64,000 bases of DNA, from IMG/VR virus record IMGVR_UViG_3300028048_000106, positions 28,188 through 92,187 of that record. One strand, 5' to 3'. Positions 34,689-45,490 of the stretch are shown here, one piece after another (the stretch's first letter is position 1; each line of letters begins with the position of its first letter). A program made the position numbers and the translations under genes. Source of the stretch: a virus (lineage: Duplodnaviria; Caudoviricetes). The notes below the pieces were generated by a model. That model had not been told where the DNA came from. It saw only the letters and a list, made by a program, of their open reading frames with translations, and did not search any database.

Positions 34689-35138
34689 TCAATGGCTGAC
34701 TATTTGATGGTACTTCTCATAGTCAAATGGTGCATCTTCATCAATGATGCCTTTCTGCTTGAGCTCCATCCAAAGCTCGCACTCTGGAGTCAAAGAGTAT
34801 GTTGCATCTGGCAGCACAAGGTACTTTGTGTATGCCATGCTGTCTCTCAGGCTGCTGTCATCCATTGACTCAGATATGACTGGATAGTACTCTCCATCAT
34901 CTACATTGTATATGACTAAGTCAACTATGCGTGGAAAGTCTTCATCATCAAGCTCATCACTTGGCAACAAAGGGTCAGGGCAGCCGTGCTCTTCAGCAAC
35001 TTTATTGTAGATGGCATCTATGACTTCATCATATGTAAGGCTAGCCTCATCTTTGTCTAGCTCAACTTTGACATTGACTTCCTCACCACCGTATGGAAGC
35101 TCTACTACTGCTGCAAATGTTGTCTTGTTTGTCTTCAT
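34689..35138 (-). CDS. Acidic hypothetical protein
   Basis: ATG 6 nt after TACAAT. Confidence 0.6.
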   Translation of the reverse strand: MKTNKTTFAAVVELPYGGEEVNVKVELDKDEASLTYDEVIDAIYNKVAEEHGCPDPLLPSDELDDEDFPRIVDLVIYNVDDGEYYPVISESMDDSSLRDSMAYTKYLVLPDATYSLTPECELWMELKQKGIIDEDAPFDYEKYHQIVSH

Positions 35139-35303
35139 GTATACATTGTACTTTGTCTAGTTGGAAACTAAATCACAGTCAGTGCATCTAGACGCATTGT
35201 CAGTCTTTGGCTTCATCATCTACTGTCTGGCCAACTATCTTTGCACTGACTATCTTCCACTCTCTACTGCTGTCAAGCTTCTTCATTGACAAAAATCTCG
35301 CAC

Positions 35304-36714
35304 CAAGATCACATCCTTTTAGGGAGTGATTCACGTGCGAGAAGAGTAAATAAGATATGAAACAACATTAAGTCAATAGATTTCCAAGTCAAGAGAGTAA
35401 ATAAGATTGCAATGAGCAGAGGACTCCATACAGAAGAAGAGAAGGCAAAGATAAGAGCTAGCAAGCAAGCTACAGCTCTTAGGCACTCTTCTATGGATGC
35501 TAAAGTCTATGAGCTCAAGATTGTTGAGAGAAGACTTAACAAACAGCAGAAAGAACAACTTGAATTACTATTCTTAGAAGGAAAATGGTTCTACAACCAC
35601 ATTCTTTCAGAGAAGAAGAAAAGAGAAATCCCACTTCATTGCATTAATCCAACTCACTATAAAGACATCTTAAAACTAGACAAAGACAAAAATAAAGTCT
35701 CATACAAACTCCAAATTCTTCCTTCTCACTTCAAGCAGACAATCCACATGAGGATGATTTCGAATGAGAAGACAATTCGTTCATTGGTGAAGAAAGGCTT
35801 GCAAAGATATGGTAGCCTAAAGTTCAAGTCTGAGCTTTCTTGCATTCCACTGAAAGGGATGGACTGGAAGTTCAAGAGTATGCGAAAAGTTTGGATAATG
35901 GGAATCAAAGGACAGATCTTAGTTAGAGGAGTTGAGCAGATTCCAGCAAATTCAGAATTTGCAAATGCAAACTTGCTCAAGAGAGCAGATGGGTATTTCC
36001 TGAAAGTCACAACATACCAAGAGAGGAAAGAAAAACAAAATAATGGAAAGGAAATCGGTCTTGATCTTGGGATCAAGACGTCAATAACTACTTCTGAAGG
36101 TGAGAAGATAGACATATCTATTGAAGAAAGTGATCGACTAAAGAGACTTCAAAGAGAGATGTTTCGAAGAGTCAAAGGATCAAACAACAGATGGAAGACT
36201 ATCAAGAAACTACGGAAAGCCTATCAGAAGCAGACAAACAAAAAGCAAGACAAAGCAAATAAGATTGTGCATAGACTAAAGGCATATGACCGAATCTACA
36301 TGCAAGATGAGAACATAGCTGGATGGCACAGAGGAATGTTTGGAAAGCAGGTGCAGCACAGCTGCCTTGGAATGGTCAAGTCAAAGTTGATGGCATTGCC
36401 TCAGACAGTTGTCCTTGACATGTTCATTCCAACAACCAAGCTATGCCCTAAGTGCCATTCAGTGAAGAATGACATGACACTTGCAGACAGAGTGTATGAA
36501 TGCTCATGTGGATATCATGAAGATCGAGATGTGCATGCAGCAAAGAACATGATAAACATTGCAAAGTCTTGCTTTGAGAATCATTTAGTACCGGCGGAAC
36601 ACCGGGAAATCACGCTCACGGAGTTCAAGGCCGCTGTTGCTGATGAGATACTCAGCAGCAAGCCTGGACAAAGAAGTGAGAAGATCATACCTTTTAAGGT
36701 GTGATAGAGTTCAC
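35304..36714 (+). mobile_element. tnpB: IS200/IS605-family TnpB-only element #2 (CDS 35412-36704)
   Basis: GLDLG, QDE, PTTKLCPKC, CSCG, DRDVHAAKN; subterminal hairpins ATCACATCCTTTTAGGGAGTGAT (left) and ATCATACCTTTTAAGGTGTGAT..TTCAC (right). Confidence 0.88.
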
Positions 36715-36929
36715 TCAACTATAGACTTCGCATCAGCTTCTAGCTCTTCATACGTGCTATATCTAGCGCGTCTGACAAACTGCTAGCTGCAGCCTATGCA
36801 CTCATAGACTATCTCGCCTCTGTATGGCTTCACCCATCTTCTGCTTGCATTGATCTTCTCTTCTATCTATGCTCTTTCAGCAGGAGTCTCAATGTGTGTT
36901 TTCTTCTTCTTTGTGTATGCTTTGCCCAT
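36711..36929 (-). CDS. Small hypothetical protein, TAG-recoded
   Basis: MGKAYTKKKK...CIGC; stop TGA inside IS right end. Confidence 0.45.
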
Positions 36930-37404
36930 CTTTGCCTCCTATGCCTGTCTATGTGCTGTCTAGCAGCAAGTCTAGACGCATGCCAGAAATCCCAAAACTT
37001 GACTCACATAGTTTCTCAAATGCCTTTTGAGCATCTACATCATACAAGTCTTCATATATGTGGACTTCATCAAGCGAGTTGTTTGAAGCACATGCGTCAA
37101 GTATCTTCTTGTATACTTCAAGCTCATTGCTAGTTATGTGACTATTGTCAATCGTTGACTGCATGCATGCCTCCACTGTAGTAGTCTTTTACAAATTGAT
37201 ATAACTCATCTTCACTGCTAAATCCAAAATAGCCAGCATCATATTTAGCTAGTGTAAGATCAGACTGCATGCAGAAGTCTTCATACGACTAGCACTCATG
37301 CAGCAGGTTCATGAACTATACCTCGTACTTTGACTCAACATCATCTGGCAGCCAATATCCATTATAGTCGCATGACACAACTGGAAAATACTGTGAATAT
37401 GCCA

Positions 37405-38181
37405 TTAGATGTCTCCTGCTAAGTGCGAAATGAGCATGTCTCGTATCTCAAGTTGGTAGTCAGGCATAGGGATTAGCTTTGCTCCATCTTCAGTTATGTG
37501 GTTCAAGAACAGCTTGAACTTTGCGTCTCTTGGCACATACCCTTCTCTTTTCAAGAGATACTCATAGAGATTCAACTGTAGACTGTAGTGTGTTCCATTT
37601 ATGTCATGCAGATGGCTTATTGGTGGCAATGCGAACTTGTTCCAAGCATCTTCAAGGTCAATAGACTTGTTTGTCTTGTGGTCTCCAATTATGTATGTGC
37701 CATCTTTCTTTGACCTTGCAAACAAGTCAATTGTGCCAGCGATCTTGAGCGAAGGGCTGAACACTATCTTCTCAACACCAAGTATGTCAAACCCTTCATA
37801 GAAGCGACGGGCCATCTTCACAGCATGCTCCATCATCTTCTCTTCTTTCAAGCTAGATGGCTTGTTGCGAAGCTCTTTTCGTCCTAGCTCAATGTCTTCA
37901 CAGCACTCATGTATCTTTGTGCCAAGTGCTGATGCATCTCTTCCTGCCTTTGCCCACTTGGCTTTTATCTCCTCAATAGTGCATCCTTCTCTTGCTGCAC
38001 ACCGCTTTGCAATCTCTCCATCTGCATCAAATGGCTTGAAGAACTTGTGGAGGAACTGTGTGCCGCTTGTGTATGTGACTTCTGCTCCATCTATGACAGA
38101 GACATACTTGTGTGTCTTCTCAAAGAAGGTGATCTCTACTCCACTCGGATGCACTGCTCTACTTGAACCCGGCATAGTCAA
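37405..38181 (-). CDS. PD-(D/E)XK exonuclease (Cas4/RecB-like phage nuclease)
   Basis: HKY, GTKIH, E, AGTIDL, GDHKT, YSLQLNLY. Confidence 0.8.
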   Translation of the reverse strand: MTMPGSSRAVHPSGVEITFFEKTHKYVSVIDGAEVTYTSGTQFLHKFFKPFDADGEIAKRCAAREGCTIEEIKAKWAKAGRDASALGTKIHECCEDIELGRKELRNKPSSLKEEKMMEHAVKMARRFYEGFDILGVEKIVFSPSLKIAGTIDLFARSKKDGTYIIGDHKTNKSIDLEDAWNKFALPPISHLHDINGTHYSLQLNLYEYLLKREGYVPRDAKFKLFLNHITEDGAKLIPMPDYQLEIRDMLISHLAGDI

Positions 38182-38187
38182 CTAGCC

Positions 38188-38478
38188 TCACTTTCTGATG
38201 GCATTGCTCTCAAGCCAGATGTCAGCATACTCTCGTATCTTCTTGACATCTCTGCTACGAGGCTCACCTGGCTTCTCTTGCCTAAGGACATACTTCAGCA
38301 CATTGAACATGTAGGCATCTTTGTTGAGCCCTACTTTGTTTGCAATGGCGACGACGTCAATGCCTCTTCCTTCTGACACTAGCTGCTGCAGCTCTTCAAC
38401 TGTGAACAGTTGGTAGTGCTTTGGCTTGTGCACATAGTTGTAATCTTCAAAACCTTTTGGTGCTGTCAATGTATTCAT
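38188..38478 (-). CDS. DUF3310-like small phage protein
   Basis: VHKPKHY...NVLKYVLR..K...DVKK..Y. Confidence 0.65.
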   Translation of the reverse strand: MNTLTAPKGFEDYNYVHKPKHYQLFTVEELQQLVSEGRGIDVVAIANKVGLNKDAYMFNVLKYVLRQEKPGEPRSRDVKKIREYADIWLESNAIRK

Positions 38479-38528
38479 GCGTATATGGTACAATGCTAGA
38501 CAGCCAGCAGCGCATTGAATAGAGGCAG

Positions 38529-39200
38529 TCAATGCATGAACATGTCACGTTTGTACTGCTTTGACATCTCTTGCTTGAACAGTGATGTGACTCGTCTAAA
38601 CAGAGTCTTGTTGAGTGGTGTCTTCTGCATAAATGACTTACAAATGAACACTGGCAGAGCTGGAGACTCACTATAGTCAACGCATGACATGAACTTCTCT
38701 ATGCTAGAAGTGAACAGCTTTGCCAAGAACAGAGGCTGCTCTTTGTCAATGCGTGCTAGCACCTCGAAGACATAGTTTGCTGTGCCACTGCGACTGCATT
38801 CAGACATCAACCAACTACTGTAACTGTAGTCATATCTTGATGACTTCAATGCTATGCAGCATGCCAAGAACATCTCATATGATATAGACTCAAAGAAAGC
38901 CTTTTTGTCAAGACAGAAGACATCTTTTGCTTGAGACATCTTCCAAAATCCACTGTTGATGATGTTGAACACAACTAAGTCTCTAGCTTCTAGATGCTCT
39001 CCACACTTCAGCTCAATGTCTACAAGAGTCTGCCAAATGTCTCTTTCAAGACATCCATTGTATAGTTGGATGTCTTTTATAGAGTTGACAGAGACTTTGA
39101 CTATAGGGGTGGGAAGCTCTTGCTCGCCATCAACCGCTCTTAAGAATCCAACTATGCGTGAGTAGTCTTCAATGAGCTTGTCTACATCATCAACTACCAT
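38529..39200 (-). CDS. Hypothetical protein
   Basis: 223-aa intact ORF. Confidence 0.6.
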   Translation of the reverse strand: MVVDDVDKLIEDYSRIVGFLRAVDGEQELPTPIVKVSVNSIKDIQLYNGCLERDIWQTLVDIELKCGEHLEARDLVVFNIINSGFWKMSQAKDVFCLDKKAFFESISYEMFLACCIALKSSRYDYSYSSWLMSECSRSGTANYVFEVLARIDKEQPLFLAKLFTSSIEKFMSCVDYSESPALPVFICKSFMQKTPLNKTLFRRVTSLFKQEMSKQYKRDMFMH

Positions 39201-39203
39201 GTC

Positions 39204-39719
39204 TTAGTTGAGCATGCGTATGGCTTTGTCAGCATCTTGCTCAGTCAATCCAACATGGTAGTCAGTCAAGATGAGGTGCTCGGCAAAGACAAGACTGTCT
39301 TGATACCCTTCTCTAAAGTCATCTTCAAGGATGACATACTTCCCACGTGTCTTAGAGAACCATGTGTTGTCTTCAAACCACAGTTCAAGGCAGTCACACT
39401 TTGTTGCATGCCTTTCTGGTGGAATAGTTCCAATGATGTGCTCTTTGTACAGTGCTCTAAATGGCTCAAGAATGCTTTGGTACAGTTTCCCTCTATGCAG
39501 CCAAGCAGTGTTTGGTGGAGAGAACTTGCGCCAATTTGACGTGATGACAATCTTTGCGCCAGTCTGCTCAAGTATCTTGTCTAACCACTTCATGTTTATG
39601 CTAGACAAATGGTATCGAGATGGATCTAGACTCAAGAATGACGAGTCATCTAGATCAGTGTTTGTAAGAACATGGTCTAAGTCTAGAAACACAATCCTAT
39701 ATGTCTTGCTGTCCATCAA
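39204..39719 (-). CDS. HAD-superfamily phosphatase (Swiss-army-knife RNA-repair-like)
   Basis: FLDLDHVL, IVITSNWR, YVILEDD, GLT. Confidence 0.75.
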   Translation of the reverse strand: MMDSKTYRIVFLDLDHVLTNTDLDDSSFLSLDPSRYHLSSINMKWLDKILEQTGAKIVITSNWRKFSPPNTAWLHRGKLYQSILEPFRALYKEHIIGTIPPERHATKCDCLELWFEDNTWFSKTRGKYVILEDDFREGYQDSLVFAEHLILTDYHVGLTEQDADKAIRMLN

Positions 39720-40423
39720 TATGCTGAATACTCTAGAACTAGCTCTTCACCATCCCATGAGCACTCTTCTGCATTCAAGTATGCTAGAAGAGCTGCATGA
39801 AGATGGACAAAGTTCACTTTTATGATGTCATCATTCTCAACTGTCTCAGCATCAAGACTGTAGTCATTGAACTTCACTGTGTAGCCATAGCCTTCTTTGT
39901 CTATGTAGATAGGGTCTCGTGCTGTCTTGAACCTATTGTCAAATGGCGAGTAGCCTTCACCAATGATGCCTACATACTCATTTGAGAGAATGCTCTCAAA
40001 CTTCTTGCTGTACTCTCCTTCAAGGATGTAATCAACTGCTTGAAGCATCTTCTCAGCATCATGTCTTGAGACAATGACTGTGCTGTCTCTAAATGAATAT
40101 GGATTGATGTTGAAGTGCTCTCTTAAGCCAGTGAAGACTGAGCCAAAGTGGAACTCTAGTAGTCTTTCATGCCTAATGCCATCTTCGCTGTAGTACGTAG
40201 TTGTCTTCTTGCTGTCATCAGTGGCTGCCAAACTACTAGACTTGAATCCAGCATGCAGCAATATTGGAATGTCTTTCTTCAAAGCTTCTTCGTCTTTGTT
40301 TGCATTGAAAGAGTCTTTCTTGTTTGCAAGAAAGTACTCGTTCTTCAATGCATCTAGCTCAGCAGTAGAGGCTTTGCTCTTGTTGAACCTACGGTATATT
40401 GTGAGATAAGATCCGTGTGACAT
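39716..40423 (-). CDS. Hypothetical protein
   Basis: 235-aa intact ORF. Confidence 0.6.
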   Translation of the reverse strand: MSHGSYLTIYRRFNKSKASTAELDALKNEYFLANKKDSFNANKDEEALKKDIPILLHAGFKSSSLAATDDSKKTTTYYSEDGIRHERLLEFHFGSVFTGLREHFNINPYSFRDSTVIVSRHDAEKMLQAVDYILEGEYSKKFESILSNEYVGIIGEGYSPFDNRFKTARDPIYIDKEGYGYTVKFNDYSLDAETVENDDIIKVNFVHLHAALLAYLNAEECSWDGEELVLEYSAY

Positions 40424-40469
40424 TGTGCAAGTCTTTCAAGTTAAAGATAGAATGTATGTCTCTAGAAGC

Positions 40470-40862
40470 TCACCAATTAGAGACAATTTCAATATCTAGC
40501 TTGCCATCTTCAGTGGACAGTGTGATGTCATACTGCTCATTATCACCGGGAAAGATGTAGTTGACAGCATTCACAATAGCGCTTGATGCCTCAGAGAACA
40601 TCTGCTTTGTGCAGTTTGCGCCTTTTACAGCATAGACTTTGAACCCAAACTCATGGCCTTTCAAGATGCGGTCTTCATAAGTGACTTTAACTAAGCCATC
40701 TGTCATGCTCTCAAAATATCCCTTGATGTCCTGCAGAATCCCCTCTACAAGCAGTCTACGCATCTTTCCATTGAAGACAATTGCATCTTGCTGCTTTACA
40801 GCAGTGTCTTCTATGGCATTTTTTGCCTTTGCTGCTGCCTTTTTGGCGTTTTCTCTCTTCAT
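40470..40862 (-). CDS. Hypothetical protein
   Basis: 130-aa intact ORF. Confidence 0.6.
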   Translation of the reverse strand: MKRENAKKAAAKAKNAIEDTAVKQQDAIVFNGKMRRLLVEGILQDIKGYFESMTDGLVKVTYEDRILKGHEFGFKVYAVKGANCTKQMFSEASSAIVNAVNYIFPGDNEQYDITLSTEDGKLDIEIVSNW

Positions 40863-40875
40863 AGTCTTCTTTTTG

Positions 40876-41412
40876 TCAAATTCTCTTCAACACGCATGAA
40901 AGTGACCTTCCTTCTAGAGATGGCTTTCCATCAAGTCTAGCAATTCCATCAAAGTTCACTAGAATGCTCCGCATGACATCTTTTGCATATTCAAGCTTGT
41001 CCATCTCGCGCTTTGCCAAGAATATTGTCACTTTCACTGTGTCGCCATCTTCTAGAAACTGCTTTATGTGGGCAATCTTTATGTTTCGATCATTGTCATC
41101 AATGCGAATGGTGAACTTTATCTCTTTAAGTTCAGAGCGACTTGCCCGTAGCTTCTTCATCTGCTCTTTTTGGCGCTTCTTCTCATCATACTTGAACTTG
41201 GCATAGTCAATTATCTTGCATATAGATCCAGGAAACACAGATGGATTGAATGCTATCTGCACAAGGTTCTTACCTTCTGACTTTGCTCTTGCAATAGCAT
41301 CATCTTTTGAAAGTATTGTTGTTTGGCCATCTTGGCCAACTAGTCTGACTTTGCTAGACTTTATAGCATAGTCCATTGGTAGATTTGTCTTGTCATTCTT
41401 GTCTTTTGCCAT
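40876..41412 (-). CDS. infC: Translation initiation factor IF-3 (divergent)
   Basis: VRLVG, NLVQIA, CKIIDYAKFKY, KEIKF..RID, FLEDGDTVKV, EGR; AAGGA SD before ATG 41412. Confidence 0.88.
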   Translation of the reverse strand: MAKDKNDKTNLPMDYAIKSSKVRLVGQDGQTTILSKDDAIARAKSEGKNLVQIAFNPSVFPGSICKIIDYAKFKYDEKKRQKEQMKKLRASRSELKEIKFTIRIDDNDRNIKIAHIKQFLEDGDTVKVTIFLAKREMDKLEYAKDVMRSILVNFDGIARLDGKPSLEGRSLSCVLKRI

Positions 41413-41438
41413 GCTTTCCTTCTTTGCAGTTACACTAG

Positions 41439-42859
41439 GTGAACTAGTCACACCTTGAAAGGTGTGATCTTCAAGTGTTCTTCCTTGCATCTAGTGCAAT
41501 CACTTGATTTTCTTGCTTCAATGTCGGTAGTTTCACGAACACAATTTGTATCATGTTCGCCAGAGCTTCCAACTCCACAAGCGTTTATTCCCGACGTCCC
41601 ATCGGTATTCTTCATAATGTCTCTCAAAGCAAAGTTCCTTATGTTGATAGCTGCATTCAAGTCTCTATCTATTATTATACCACATTCTGGGCATTCATAG
41701 ACTCGGACATCTAATGGCATCTTCTGTCTATGTCCACAGCAATGGCATATTTGGCTTGATGCTTCAAACCTTCCAATCTTCTTGAAGATCTTGCCTTCTC
41801 TCATTGCTTTGTAGTTCAACATAGACGTAAACATGTGCCACCCTAAGTCTGAGACCTTCCTGCCCCAAAGCTTCTTCATCCCTTGCAGACTCAAGTCTTC
41901 AATGCAGAAACAGTCAAATTGGCTTTCTTTGACTAGTCTTGTTGAAGTCTTGTGCAAGAAGTCTTTTCTTTGGTCAGCAATCTTTTGATGAATTTTTGCA
42001 ACTTTCCTTCTTTGCTTCTCTTTGTTCTTGCTTCCTTTTGTCTTCTTGCTTAGTTTTCTTTGTTCTTGTGCTAGCTTGTCTAGCATCTTTTTGAAATATT
42101 GTGGATTGTCAATCTATCTTCCATCTGACAATGTCAAGAAGTGCTTTAAGCCAAAATCAATTCCTAGAGCATTCTTCTTGTTGATGTTGATGTCATCGAC
42201 TAATGGTCTAAAGTCATCCTTTGCATGCACAATGAACGACACATAGTATTGTCCAGAAGAGTTTCTCGAGATTGTTGCTGTTCCAATCTTGCCTTTCTTG
42301 ACTTGTCTTGAGATCTTGACTTTGATTCCATTCTTTCTTGAGAACTTTGGCATCTTGATCTTTGACTCTTTGAAGTCAATCTGGAAATGTTGAGGGATCT
42401 CAAATGAGTCTTTGTCAAACTTCTTTGATTTGAATCTCGGGAAATTTGCTCTACCAGCAAAGAAGTTGTTGAATGCTCGGTCAAGATGGCCAACCGCACA
42501 TATGAGACTCTGTGAGTTGACTTCATAAAGCCAAGGATTTGCTTCTTTGAGTTTTACAGTCTCACCAGAACAACCCAAGCCAATTGAGTTTAAGTACTTC
42601 TATTGAGATGCATATCTTTCTTGATTGAGATGAAGAGCCCAATTGTACATGAAACGAACACAGCCAAAATGCTTAGAAAGAAGAACTTTCTACTCACTAG
42701 TTGGATATATTCGAAATCTATATGTCTCAATCATTTGGTAATAGAGATATTGTACGTTTTACAGTTTTATTTACTCAAGACAAATCATAAACTTCACATG
42801 TATTTCATAGAAAATTCTAGGCAATTCGTATCACACCCTAAAGGATTTGATGTTTCTTG
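41439..42859 (-). mobile_element. tnpB: IS200/IS605-family TnpB-only element #3 (CDS 41448-42734, TAG-recoded)
   Basis: YRFRIYPTSE[Q], FGCVRFMYN, GIDFG, IEDL, SSQICHCCG, CPECG, DRDLNAAINI; hairpin ends. Confidence 0.9.
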
Positions 42860-42938
42860 CTTAGGTACCCTTTAAAATATACATGTTGGCTTGAAAGTAG
42901 CAACGTTTTCAACTAATTTCGATGTAAATAATGACAGC

Positions 42939-43709
42939 ATGAGTGGTAGATCTAATGACATAAAGAAAGAGATCAAGATATCTTAGCTGCCAAGCATAAA
43001 GAACATAAGCAGCGATGATCTTTTGATAATATCAGACTATGATGGTGGCAAGTGCTTGTCTAAGAACATGACAATGCAGTAGCTATAGAACTATGTCAGT
43101 TCTAAAACATTGTCTAGCAATGCATTTAAGACTAAGGTAGAGAGCATTGCAAAGGTACAGCATCTTTTTGACACACGAGAGAATTGGGAGAAAGAGCCAT
43201 TGCGCAGTCTAGTTCTAGAGAAAGGCTAGATTGCATTTGTCAATGACACAGGCCTAGAAGAAGTCATGATGAAAGCTGGCAATGGCATAGACCCATTCTA
43301 CCAGCTTCCATATGTCAGATTTCCAGTTAATGATCCAGCAGAGATAATGGTGAACACAAGAGCTGGTTGGGCAGAATAGCCTGGATTTTAGCCAGCTAAA
43401 GGCTAGATTGTCATTTGGTCTGACAAAGCTTAGATGCACAAGTATGTGCTTGAAGGCGATGAGCTAGTAGACGATGGTTTAATAGATGTCCCTGGCATAA
43501 AGATTGGAGATGGCAATGCATACAATCTTGACTTGCCATATGTTGGAGATGACATTGAGTAGAAGATTGACTAGCACATAAAAGACGTGCAAGCGCATGT
43601 CTCAGAGCAAGATAGGAAGTCTTGGAACCACAAAATCACAATAGGTAATCTTGATACGCCATCTGATGACGGTGTAGAAGGTGAAACACTAATCATAAAA
43701 AGAAACTAA
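42939..43709 (+). CDS. Tail-fibre-associated protein with two Mtd-N-like repeats, TAG-recoded
   Basis: W...VLEKG[Q]I...KAGNG..F..LPY and W..[Q]P...KG[Q]I...KIGDG...LPY; invisible in ORF track. Confidence 0.65.
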
Positions 43710-43729
43710 AAACAAAGGAAAATAAAATT

Positions 43730-45466
43730 ATGGCAAATCCATTCATTAGCCAAATTACCCTTCCTAGTGGAACAACGTATGATATAAAAGACACGCAGGC
43801 GCGTTCTGATATATCTGCTCTTAGCTCTGCTATTGAAGGTGGCGTACATTACATCGGTAAGACCACTACATAGCTTTCAGGTGATGGCGACACCACATCA
43901 TCGGTAGTCATTAACGGTGAGACAGTCGAAGCTAAGCAAGGCGACATGGTCAGTCTTTCTGCACAAGGAAAGCAAGATCTTGAGTTCTTGTTCAATGGCT
44001 CTGCATGGTATGAGCTTGGTTCTACTGGTTCATTGAAGGCTCTCGCATTCAAGGATTCTGCATCTGGTTCATATACTCCTGGTGGTTCAGTCAGTCAGCC
44101 AACATTTGCTGGTAGTGAAATGACTGCTTCAGGCAGCTATACGCCAGCAGGCACACTTGATGCTCCTGCGTTCACTGGTACAGCTGGAAGTGTAAGCGTC
44201 ACTGGTACTGCAGCTGGTACAGTCAGTCAGCCAGAATTCAGCAATGGTGCGGCATCAGTTTCAGCAGAATATACTCCAGCTGGTAGCGTTACGCTTGGTG
44301 GTCAAACGACACAAGATGTCACAATATCAATAGATGAATCTGCGTCTGGAAACTATCAACCAGCTGGTGATGTGACTTAGCCAGACTTTACTAATGGCAC
44401 AATTACAAATGGCAGCGCTTCCTATACAAAGGTGACAGGTGTCACAACCAAGACTACTAAGAGCGTAGGCGTCAGCAAAGGCTCCGGCACGGCAAACTAT
44501 ACGCCAACAGGCAATGTAACAGCTTCATTCTCTGGCGCGGATATGACGTCTACTGGTGAATTTACGCCTACTGGTACTGTTGCCGTTGGAACGACTACAG
44601 CCACAGTGACAGTCGCTGGAACCTAGCCAGCAGAGTCTTCCGAAGTGACATATACACCAGATGGTACTGTATCCGCTCCAACGATCAGTGTCGCCACAGC
44701 AGGTACCACTGATACGGTCAATAGCGCCACAGCCAAGACCGTAGTTACAGACATGAGTGTGGCAGAACCTAGCGCAGGCGAGACGACAGGCGAGCTCGCA
44801 TACTATGCCGTGTCTGGCGAGACGCTTACGTTCAAGAAGTTCATCGAGACTACTGGTAATTCTGTTGATACAACAGCAAAAATTGTTAAGACTGGTGATG
44901 CTACATATACTGCAACTGCTCCGACATTTACTGGTACCGGTGCAAAGCTCGTTACAGATAACATTACTATTCCATCTGGTTCTGGTACGTTCACTGGCAC
45001 CAAGGGCAACGTCAGCGTCACAGGTACGACGACGGGGTCTATCACTGGCCTAGGCTTCACTGGCACAGGTGTAGATCTCGAAGTCCTCGTCCCAGATACA
45101 TATGAAGTCGCGACAGAGACTGGCTCAGCCACAGTTACAGGCAGTGTTACTGGCACGGTCACCAAGCCAAACTTCACTGGTACAAAGGTTGCTATTACTG
45201 CAACTGGTGTCAGTGTTCCAACAAGTGCAACATTTGGTGGCACAAAGACTACAATCACAGCTACTGGTACAGCTACTGGTACAGTCAGTCAGCCAACATT
45301 CACCGGTGGCACTGTTACATCTACTGGAACATTCACACCAGAAGGTACAGTTGCAGCTCCAGTGTTTACTGGCACAGACGCAACAATTACTGTCAAAGGT
45401 ACACCAGCAGGTACTGTCAGCAAACCAAACTTCACTGGTACAGAAGCAACAATCACTGTTAGCTGA
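43730..45466 (+). CDS. Thr/Gly-rich repetitive fibre protein, TAG-recoded
   Basis: Repeated (Y/F)TPxGTVSxPxFTG motifs; AAAGGA SD; three TAG. Confidence 0.75.
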
Positions 45467-45490
45467 TGATAATGAAAGGAGTAAGTGCAC

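Noticed and set aside
37405-38181. Cas4 of a CRISPR system
   Set aside because: No array or other cas genes; it is a generic phage PD-(D/E)XK exonuclease.
41413-41490. N-terminal extension of IF3 shown in the ORF track
   Set aside because: It runs into the TnpB right end; an SD precedes ATG 41412.
44040-45466. Possible CRISPR array or nucleotide repeat array
   Set aside because: Repeats are degenerate, codon-phased protein repeats (TPxGTVSxPxFTG), not identical repeats with spacers.
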